Below the pieces are notes generated by a model that was given only the letters and a program-made list of their open reading frames with translations, searched no databases and had not been told where the DNA came from. From contig NC_043005.1 of assembly GCF_006345805.1 (NCBI RefSeq), forward strand, positions 55,242,001 through 55,306,000: DNA of 64,000 nucleotides, written 5' to 3'. This document shows, piece by piece, positions 54,419-64,000 of this stretch (position 1 is the stretch's first letter; each line of letters starts with the position of its first letter). Source of the DNA: Octopus sinensis. Its lineage: Eukaryota. The position numbers were made by a program, and so were the translations under genes.

Positions 54419-54461
<43 letters not shown>

Positions 54462-54909
54462 TAATAATAATAACATTAACAACAACAACAACAATAATAA
54501 TAATAGCAATATTGACACATGAAAAAATAGCAAAACCAAATAAATGCAACATTAAAAATAATCACATTGAAGTGGATTAATTCTTTGGAGTGAGTGTCAT
54601 ACGAAGCTTAATCCCTGTCTTCACTTAATCCACATGACATAACCATTTTCAAGAGACATTCCATTCGGACATAAGAAATGATTACTATGGAATGACAAAC
54701 CATTCCTGTTGCTTAGATATTGTTGCATGTCTTTGAGTCAAAAATACTTGATACTGTTTGCTTTAAGCCTTTTAACAGATTACAACAAATTAACAAGTCC
54801 TCAGATAAGGATAGATAAATATAAAAAAAAATAAACAATAAAACTATATGTTAAATAAACTGGAGGGAAATTCTTGAAAGAGTCTCTGATAGAATAAAGA
54901 TAGTAGCAT

Positions 54910-54951
<42 letters not shown>

Positions 54952-54964
54952 TGTGTGTGTGTGT

Positions 54965-55009
<45 letters not shown>

Positions 55010-55024
55010 CTGTGTGTGTGTGTG

Positions 55025-55294
55025 TATCTTTATTCCACAGCCTTCAAAATCATTTGGATGAAAAAAATATGAATTCTGTAGACAAGGTCAGAACAGTACT
55101 GGAGGAGTATTTTTTTTATCACAGATAGGTGAATTTTGGAAGAGGGGCCTTGCAAGTCTACCAGATAGATGGAAGAGCATTATACAAAATGAAGGAGTGT
55201 ATATTTTAGAGTAAAAAAAGAACTTTGTTTATCTTAATTTTGAAAAATAAAAGAAATATTAAAAAAAACAGCATTATTTATGGGATGACCCAAT
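55025..55294 (+). mobile_element. mariner transposon 3' remnant
   Basis: LFHSLQNHLD.KNMNSVD.VR..LEEYF / FWKRGLASLPDRWKSIIQNEG.YI, followed by the TIR-like ATTTATGGGATGACCCAAT. Confidence 0.85.
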
Positions 55295-55815
55295 GCTTGA
55301 TACATTCACAATATTGGAAGAGAGACTTTCTTCAAAATGATTAACTATTTAAAACAAATCTTAGAAAAACTGAATGACACAAACCCTTTGGAATGAAGCT
55401 TTTGTATTGTCTGTGCAAGTGCTTTCATATTTCAATTTTCCAAACACACATACATACATATATAAGGATATAAACACATTTACATATATAATATATATAT
55501 ATATATACATATAGACACATACACACTTACACACACATGCACACATGCATACACATAAATATAGATATTTATGCATATTTATATTTATATGTATATGTAT
55601 ACACACATACACACACATACATATCCTTGTGTGCACGAATGTGTAGGAGTGACCATCTAGCAAGAAGTTTCCTTCTCAAGTACAGGTTCCAGGTTCATTT
55701 CTGTGCAAGGCAACTTGAGTATATAGCCCCAGGAAAGCAAAAGCCTACTATAGCCCCAGGACAACAAAAGCCTTGTAAGTGAATATAGTAGAGATATACA
55801 TTGTACATATATATA

Positions 55816-55900
<85 letters not shown>

Positions 55901-56192
55901 GTCCTTGCCTTCGAAACATGGAGTAGCTGAAACATGTACAACTGATGAAGTGGAATATTCTTTATGTTGTATGCCTCATTTCTCTATTTGTTTGTTTTTT
56001 ATTGTTCGAAAAATGTTTGTTTCTATGTTTTTGTTTTTATGTATTCGTTTGTTTTTGTGTCCAACATTTTTTTGATGTCCTGTACCCATATATGCATGCA
56101 TATATACATATATATGTAGGCATGTACATATATGTATGTATATATGCATATATTTATATATTATTTATATTATACGTATATATATATATATA

Positions 56193-56575
56193 CTAGCAGT
56201 ATCGCCCAGCGTTGCTCAGGTTTGTAAGGGAAATAACTATAAAGCATTTTTAGAGAGTTATAGCCAAAAAATAGCAAAAAAATGGAAAAAAATGATGGTA
56301 AATTTTTTTTGAGAGTGAAAAAAGGTGCAGTTGCGTCCCCTAGACAGTTTGCGGTTTGTGTTTCTGATTCTCGACCCCATGTCGCATTTATCGATTTTTT
56401 TTCAGAACTGGGGGAACTTTTCAAAATTTTCGCTATGTTAGTTTTGAATTATGACATTGGGCTATGTGTGTGTCAAGTTTCATCAGAATCGGTTGAAAGC
56501 CGTGGTCAGGGTGAGGGTACAAGCAAACAGACACACAGAAACACGCACAGACAAACTGCCGTTTATATATAGAGA
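56193..56575 (-). mobile_element. non-autonomous Helitron
   Basis: 5' TCTCTATATATAAA; 3' hairpin (CCTGAGCAACGCTGGG) then CTAG; inserted at A^T. Confidence 0.85.
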
Positions 56576-56920
56576 TATATATATGTATATATATGTGTGT
56601 GTGTGTGTGTACAGATATCTATGTAAATATATATATGTATCCTTCCTTCCCTGAGGCTGTCTGTGTTGCTCCTGATTACTCTCTAAATATAAGCACTTCA
56701 TCCAAATGTAAAATTTGTATTATTTGATTTCTCTGTCTGAAGAATTTCTAATAGAAAATCAGATGATGATGATGATGAATGTAGTATATATAAACACACA
56801 CACATACAAATATACATACATATATGTATATATAGATCCATTCACATACACATCATATATACCCATTATACATATATCACACATGCATGCACACACACAT
56901 ATATACAAGCATACATTCAT

Positions 56921-56954
<34 letters not shown>

Positions 56955-57819
56955 ATATATATATATATCATCATCATCATCATCATCGTTTAACGTCTGT
57001 TTTCCGTGCTAGCACGGGTTGGACGGTTCGACCGGGGTCTGGGAAGCCAGGGGCTGCACCAGGCTCCAGTCTGATCTGGCAGTGTTTCTACAGCTGGATG
57101 CCCTTCCTAACGCCAACCACTCCGCGAGTGTAGTGGGTGCTTTTTACATGCCACCTGCACAGGTGCCAGGGGGATCTGGCATCGGCCACGATTGGTTGGT
57201 GCTTTTAACGTGTATCTATATATATACACACATATCTGTAAGTATGTATGTATGTACATTTATTATATAGCAATACAATGTTTTGAGTGTTGGGGATTGA
57301 AAGAATGATACATAATTGGTTTAAGCAAGTACAAATGCAGTCACATCATTCTATTTCTTTCTTTCTTTCTTTATTCTTTTTCTTTTTCTGTCCTTTCTTC
57401 TGTCAGCCTTTTTGTCTTTCTTTTTTCCTGTGTTCTCTCTCTAACCAAGCCTCCAAAAATTTACCACATGCACATACTTAAAAACACATACATACACATA
57501 CATACATAAACAAAAGAACATTCTCTTCCCCATTCAACTCCAGATTTTTTCAAGTAACTCACACATATATATAAAAGGCATAAATTTTCTGTAAAGAGAT
57601 ATCATTTCTGATGATTCACTGAAACAAGATGAAAGCACTAAATAAATAATTGTTCAACATTCTGACAACTTCCTTCTTCTTAATATTTAAAATCTGTACA
57701 CCACTTTAAACAATCTTTATGTACAAACATACACACACACATACATACATACATACATACATACATACATACATACATACAAACATACATACATACATAT
57801 ATATACATGTGAGTGTGTG

Positions 57820-57855
<36 letters not shown>

Positions 57856-57857
<2 letters not shown>

Positions 57858-58965
57858 GATATAACAGAAGTAAATAAACACTCCATAATATATTGTTTTA
57901 TGCTTATTTTAACTTGAAAAAGTTTATATTTTTTTATTAATTGATATTTTTGTTTCGAGTTCTATATGTGACTGTTTTTTAATCATGCCATATACAAAAG
58001 ATGCCTTGGAACCGTCTGAATTTCAATGAGGCCAAATTGTGGGTCAATCTGAAGCTGGACTTAATGTACGATCGCAGAAAACCTTGGGATCCCACTTTCT
58101 ACAGTTAAGAGAGTGGAGAGGGGAAGGAGTTCACATCACCTTCCCCAGGTCGACCAGGGCCCCTTTAACAGGACCACAAACTTGGCAAGAAGGAAGTCAC
58201 TTCTTCAACCAGCCAATATCAGTTGGAGAAAGGGTTGAGCCAGTGTGATGGTAGAGATGCCACTAGCATTTTGGGACACTGTCATATTCTCTGATGAGTC
58301 TAGATTTGCTGTATTTTTTGACAGTGGTTGAGTATATGTCTGGAGATTCTGTGATCAAGAATTTGACAGGAAAAGTCGGTAGCCAACAATGAAACATACC
58401 AACTATTCTGTGATAGCTTGGGGAGCAATTTGGAGCAATGGTTGATCAGAGCCGGTGGAATGTGAGAGAAACATAAACTTAGATGAATATGCATCTATAT
58501 TGCAGAAAGGACTCCTTCCAATCTCTGGTGCTGAAATGATTAAAGAAAATTCTTTATTTATGGAAGATGAGGCTCCTTATCACATGGCTTAAAAATACCC
58601 GAGATTGGTTGGAAACAAAAATGGCATTAAAAAGTTTCCATGGCCAAGCCAGTCACCAGATACCAACCATATTGAACACTTCTGGAGCAAAATGGACAGG
58701 TGACATCATAAAAAGAACAAGAAAGGATCCTCAAAGTCAAATCTATTGAAATTACAATGTGAAACTTGGCAAGAAATTCTTCAAGAGAATATTCATTATC
58801 TGATCAGTAGCATGCCTAATAGGGTCCTTGCACTGAAAAATGCAATGGGCATGCCTACTAAATATTAGATATTCACATTATAATAGTTGATAAATAATTT
58901 GAATGTATAATTTTGGATTTAAATTATAATGATTATAAGATGTCTATATACTTCTGTCATATCTG
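57856..58965 (+). mobile_element. internally deleted, decayed Tc1-like transposon
   Basis: TIRs CAGATAT(A/G)ACAGAAGTA; WDTVIFSDESRF, FMEDEAPYH, WPSQSPD..IEH and LISSMPNRV..TKY*. Confidence 0.88.
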
Positions 58966-59084
58966 TGTATATATATATTTAAAATAATAAGGGTGAAAAA
59001 CTGATTATTAATTTGATTAATATCAATTTAAAACCAGTGGTCAAGCATATTGAAAAATTTGAAGTTTCAGAAAAAATTATATTA

Positions 59085-59356
59085 CATACATATAAGAGGG
59101 ATGACTTTAAGTGGACATCCATTATGCTAGAAGAAGATCCGCTATGGTCATACCACTAAGAAAAGAATGTTCTTAAGAGAATTTAGCAAATGCCAGAACG
59201 TAAGTGAGGAAGACAAATGAAAAGATACAAAATAAGCTTACATTCTGGCGTTTGCTAAATTCTCTTGAGAACATTCCTTTCTTAGTGGCAAGACCATAGC
59301 GGATCTTCTTCTAGCATAATAGATGTCCACTTACAGGTCATCCCACTTACATGTAT
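59085..59356. repeat. ~120-bp-arm inverted repeat with ~32-nt loop, inside a larger unclassified element (~58980-59640)
   Basis: Arms ~59085-59204 and ~59237-59356 are complementary with few mismatches. Confidence 0.9.
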
Positions 59357-59430
59357 ATTTAAATATATATATTTATACATATATATACATATATGCCCGT
59401 AAATATATATATATATACATATATATACAT

Positions 59431-59520
59431 ATATGCCCGTAGGCATATAGTGTAGTGGTTAAGAGCGCAAGCTACTAAACCCAAGATTCCGAGTTCGATT
59501 CCAGGCAGTAACCTGAATAA
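59431..59520 (+). mobile_element. tRNA-like head of the palindromic hammerhead element family, truncated after the head
   Basis: ATATGCCCGTAGGCATATAGTGTAGTGGTTAAGAGCG...GAGTTCGATTCC matches the 33294 head. Confidence 0.75.
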
Positions 59521-60077
59521 TAAAATTAGTCTTTTAGCTCTATTAATGGAGTCTTTTCTCTTTAAAATATATATACACAAATATTTTTGCATAAGCACTC
59601 CCTGTCCTCTTATTATTTCTAATCACTTAATATGAATCAATTTTTATTTTTATATTCCTAACATTCATTATTAATACTAAAGATGGACAGCCTCTTGAAA
59701 AAGATGGAAACATGAATATATGAAAAGCATTTATTCCGATTACAACAATATACTAACCTACATCTACATTTCCCCCCCTTTTTTTCATCATATTCTAAAT
59801 GATAATGATAAAGAGAAAAAAATTGTAATAACACCAAGTATTTTATCTGTATCGCTTATATATTCCTTTAGCATTCAGATTACCTTGTCAAATATACTGC
59901 TTATTTACTCACATTGTTTTAAATTAATCATGCATTATCTTGAGCTTCAAGATTTTAAAGATGTGATTGTTTATTTTTAGAATAATTTTGTAGTATCTGT
60001 CCAGGTTAAATGCTAAATGGATATATACATACATACATACATACATACATACATACATACATACATACATACATACA

Positions 60078-60113
<36 letters not shown>

Positions 60114-60204
60114 TATATATAATCAGCAGCACCATCATCATCATTGTTTAATACCCTCCTCCCATGCTGGACATTAAATGATGATGATGATGATACATAC
60201 ACAT

Positions 60205-60237
<33 letters not shown>

Positions 60238-60334
60238 ACACACACAAACACACACACACACAACCACACACACAACACACACACACATATAGGGTTTGAT
60301 TCCCAGCATGGGAGCATAAATTTTTATTGGACGC

Positions 60335-60925
60335 AGGTATGACTGTAGTAAGAAGCTTGTTTCCTAACCACATGGTTCTGGGTTCAGTCCCACTGCATGG
60401 CACTTTGGGTGAGTGTCTTCTACTATAGCTGTGGGTTGACCCAACTGTTGTGGGTGGATTTGGTAGATGGAAACTGTATGTGTGTGTGTGTATATATCTA
60501 TGTGTGCATGTCTTTATATCAATAGTTGACCACCCCCCCACATCATTACTTGACAACTCATATTGGTGTGTTTAAATCTCTGTAACTTAATGGTTTACCA
60601 AAAGATACCAATAGAATAATTACTAGGCTTAAAAAAATATGTCCTGGGTTCGATTTGTTCAACTAAAAATCTTCAAGGTGGTACTCCAGCATGGCCACAT
60701 TCAAATGACTGAAACACATAAAAAAATTAAAGAATAAAAGAATGTATATTGATATAGATAGATATACGATGAGTGTCTTTCAGTTTCCATACACAAAATC
60801 CAGTCACAGGGCTATGGTCAATTTGTGGCTATAGTAGATGATACTTGCCCAAGGTGCTACACTCTGATATTGAACCCAAGACCACATGGTTGGGAAGCAA
60901 GCTTCTTAACCACACAGCCATGCTT
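60335..60925. mobile_element. two family A SINEs in inverted orientation (+ 60335-60720, - 60770-60925)
   Basis: Family A motifs on opposite strands. Confidence 0.8.
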
Positions 60926-61399
60926 GTGCTTATGATGACAAGACATGAGAAAAAAACATAGAAAAATGTCTGATAATGCTTAATAGATTATTGGGTGAGA
61001 ATTGGATTATAAATTTATCTTCATCTAATGTATCAAAGACATGCTAGACTAATGCCCCACGCCTCACCCCTGTCTTCCAGTTGACCATTACCAGATATTG
61101 TAAGAAGGAAGAATGAGTGAGAAGAGACACAGTTTTAAGCTGGATCCACTAATGGTGTGTTCTAGATTCAGTTTACATTGAGTTTTATCAACATTTATTT
61201 GCTATTCACAGAATGAAACAATTAGGTGTGGCTGTTTAGACGCTGGTAATTTGGCATGGCTCACTGGTCAGTGAAGCTGTTTTTGTTGCAACTGTACTTC
61301 TTAGAACTGAAGGTAAACACACACATTCATACACATGCACACACACATGCACACGCACAAAACACGCATACATGCCTGTGCAGAAATATACACATACAG

Positions 61400-62005
61400 A
61401 GGCTGAGAGAGAGTGAGAGAGAGAGAGAGAGAGATTGCTATTAATTAATTGAACATGACATAAACACTCCCGCTTTCTCTCTTCGTACACATAAAGAAAA
61501 ATATGCTAACATAAGCAGAGAGAGAGACAGACAGACAGAGGAAGAAATAGATAGAGAGAGAGATAAATGGATAGCTAGATAGAGTGAGAGAGAGAGGAAG
61601 AAAGAAGGAGAGGGAGAAAGAGGGGGAGAGAGAAAGAGTGAGAAAGAGAGGAAGAAAGAGGGAGAGGGAGAAAGAGGGAGAGAGAGAAAGAGTGAGAGAG
61701 AGAGAGGGAGAGAGGAAGAAAGAGGGAGAGAGATAAAGAGTGAGAGAGAGGAAGAAAGCGGGAGAGGGAGAGAGATAAAGAGTGAGAGAGAAAGGAAGAA
61801 AGAGGGAGAGGGAGAGAGAGAGAGAGAGAAAGAGAAAGAGTGAGAGAGACATGTCGCAATTTGTTCATTGAACAGGACTGACAAGCAATTTCCCACTTTC
61901 CCACTCTGAACACACAGAAAGAGAAATATGCTCACACACATCAACTGAGAGGGAGAGAGAGAGAGAGAGAGAGAAAATAGAAAGAGGAAGAGGGATAGAG
62001 CAAGA
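61400..62005. repeat. compound polypurine (GA/GGA/GAA) tract
   Basis: Directly visible; source of the S/L-rich ORFs. Confidence 0.9.
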
Positions 62006-62015
62006 GAAATATTAA

Positions 62016-62237
62016 CCCTTTCATTACCAACCCGCTCTGAAACCGGCTCCGGTTCTGAGTACAAATGTCTTGTTTTCAACAGTTCTGCATTAAAATCTTC
62101 CACCAAACCTTAGTCACAATTTATGTTCCTAACACTAGCTCAATGATAAACAATGTTGTTTTACTAAATTCTTTGTTATATTTAAAGTAATTGAAAGAAA
62201 AACAGAGCATCTCAAAATAAATACAGTAACGGAAGGG
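62016..62237 (+). mobile_element. TTAA-targeting (piggyBac-type) MITE, second family
   Basis: TTAA at 62012-62015 and 62238-62241; TIRs CCCTTTCATTAC / CCCTTCCGTTAC. Confidence 0.85.
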
Positions 62238-62385
62238 TTAAAATGCCTGATGTCAAATAAACCAGCAACGCCAAATAGGATGATGCCAAAATGTCTCATA
62301 CCCATTATTCAAACAATGGTAGTACACTTGTTCAAGAAACAACTGGTTCTCATCTCTTTGAAGGAGATTAGATGGAATATTTTAC

Positions 62386-62538
62386 CTATTGAAATGGTAA
62401 TCATTAACTCTTAATAGGCTTTCACAGAAATCCTTTTTATCTGCACGAACATTAGCTTTTTCTTCCAAAGTGTTTTTGTTTTCCTTTTTCCTTTTTAAAT
62501 CTCTGACACTGATCGATATTTTTCCTGTATCAGAAAGG
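62386..62538 (-). pseudogene. open 153-nt exon, possibly part of the same - strand locus
   Basis: ttttttcctttag| acceptor and ATAG|gtaaaa donor; symmetric phase; LSDTGKISISVRDLKRKKENKNTLEEKANVRADKKDFCESLLRVNDYHFN. No recognisable homology. Confidence 0.5.
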
Positions 62539-62942
62539 CTAAAGGAAAAAACCAATTGATACATTTGTTCAATATATTACTGGTATTTATACACCCTGTT
62601 AAAAGGGGAACGAAACTGGTTTTTGTGACTTTCTAAAGGTTATTTAGAAAGTGATGGAAGGAAGCCAAGCAAGCTACAAAAAAAAAATTATGCAGGCGTG
62701 GCTGTATAGTAAGATATTTGCTTCGCATCCACATGGTTCTGGGTTCAGTTCCACTGTGTGGCACCTTGGACAAGTGTGCTCTACTATAGTCATGAGCTGA
62801 CCAAAGCCTTGTGAGTGAATTTGGCAGACAGAAACTGGAGGAAGCTCTTCATAAATATATATATTTCAATATGTGACCACATGTATATCATTGGCGATTT
62901 TTTTCCTCCATCATCCCTTCCTTGGATCTTTCCTTTTTCTAT

Positions 62943-62977
62943 ATTTCTGACAAAGAGCTCTGCTCGAAACGTTAAAT
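62943..62977 (+). ncRNA. minimal type I hammerhead motif with a core mutation, in a Penelope-like terminal fragment (~62880-63080)
   Basis: AUUU-CUGAC(A)A-A-GAGC UCU GCUC-GAAAC-GUU-AAAU; stem I AUUU/AAAU; palindromic ACGU helix III; G8>A. Confidence 0.6.
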
Positions 62978-63157
62978 CCTCCTCCTTTCTTTACTCTCCT
63001 GAGTGTCCAATAACACTATACTTGTTCCACATCCTCGCGTTGTTGTGTTTTCTATTTGTGTTTTCATATTTGGATTAACTATATATATATATACATATAC
63101 ACAAAGGGCTTCTTTCAGTTTCCATGCACCAAATCCACCCACAAGATTTTAGTTATA

Positions 63158-63555
63158 TCTTTATATATAAAAGTAAGGTTGTGTGTCTGTCTCCTACGAT
63201 TTAGATTCCTAACTACTCCCACATTTTGCGGTGCAGTTTAACCAAAACCGGGTATCTTATAGGCGTGATTCATATCAAGCCCTTCTGGGTATGAGCGTGC
63301 GTCTACGATGAGTCTACGATTTTAAAAATAATTTACCATCATTTTTTTCCATTTTAATGCATTTTTTTGCTATTATATAAGGGAAGTAACTCTCTAAAAA
63401 TGTCTACGATGAGTCAACGATTTAAAAAAAAAATTACCATCATTTATTTTCCATTTTTAATGCATTTTTTTGCTATTTTTTGGCTATAACTCTCTAAAAA
63501 TGCTTATATAGTTATTTCCCTTACAAACCCGAGCAACACCGGGCGATACTGCTAG
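63158..63555 (+). mobile_element. non-autonomous Helitron
   Basis: A^TCTTTATATATAAAAG ... CCCGAGCAACACCGGG hairpin, CTAG^T; internal ~100-bp tandem duplication. Confidence 0.88.
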
Positions 63556-63569
63556 TATATATATATATT

Positions 63570-63932
63570 GACTCCATCAGTCATGAATGACCATGGGTGC
63601 ACCTAAGAGGTTCCCCTATGGGGTACAAGTCTGAGCAGAAAGTATCCTCACCAGCAAACACACAACCTAGGGTTGTTTTTATGGAAGACCAGCAGTTGCC
63701 CATGCATACCAGCCTCTCCTCACCATGCCACCGATGTTATCCAAGGTAAAGGCAATGGCCAACACAGTTTGAAACCAGTTACATCACAACGTATTTCTAC
63801 AGCTGAATGAACTAGAGCAACATGAAATAAAGTGTCTTGCTCAAGAACACAACATGCAGCCTGATCCAGGAATTGAACTTACAACTGCATGATCGTAAGC
63901 TTGACACTCTAACCACTGAGCCATGTGCTTTC
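63570..63932 (-). mobile_element. family C SINE
   Basis: Homologous to 38772-39102. Confidence 0.8.
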
Positions 63933-64000
63933 ACACACACACATACACTTATATACTGAACTTCTCTAATGAAAGTCAATATTGCACTTCTGTGGCAGAT

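Larger units (their letters stand above)
28237..62538 (-). pseudogene. decayed spliced VPS13B-like gene (VAB repeats to C-terminus), probably extending beyond the window
   Basis: About 12 exon-like segments, most with AG/GT borders, carrying stops and frameshifts. Peptides are colinear with recalled VPS13B motifs (see findings). By-eye alignment only. Confidence 0.55.

Noticed and set aside
54005-61306. Further candidate - strand pseudo-exons (~54005-54100, ~54570-54770, 57560-57694, 61092-61306; also ~52175-52237 and ~35530-35620)
   Set aside because: Protein-like or acceptor-bearing but too degenerate to list individually without a profile search.
61441-62106. 221-aa S/L-rich ORF
   Set aside because: Product of a GA-rich tract plus a MITE.

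Overview
AT-rich, microsatellite-dense eukaryotic DNA. The repeat families resemble those I recall from coleoid cephalopods (Octopus); this is an inference, not a search result. No intact protein-coding gene is visible, and almost all ORFs in the supplied track are microsatellite or SINE artefacts. The window has two compartments. (1) About 1-25.7 kb is transposon-poor and A/U-tract-rich, with several + strand hairpins containing G-U pairs, a G-quadruplex motif and a poly(A)-signal-like end. It may be a very long 3' UTR or terminal transcript region. (2) About 26-64 kb is densely packed with tRNA-derived SINEs, TTAA MITEs, non-autonomous Helitrons, Tc1/mariner, R4-like and RTE-like remnants, and several long inverted-repeat elements. 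Two things stand out. The first is a set of Penelope-like fold-back elements carrying minimal hammerhead-ribozyme motifs, including a palindromic element with a tRNA/Pol III head and TSDs (a possible Penelope-mobilised SINE or retrozyme). The second is a chain of spliced but disabled - strand exons (about 28-62.5 kb) whose peptides line up, in order, with the VAB-to-C-terminal region of a VPS13B-like protein, suggesting a decayed unprocessed pseudogene. All homology calls were made by eye from recalled sequences and need checking.
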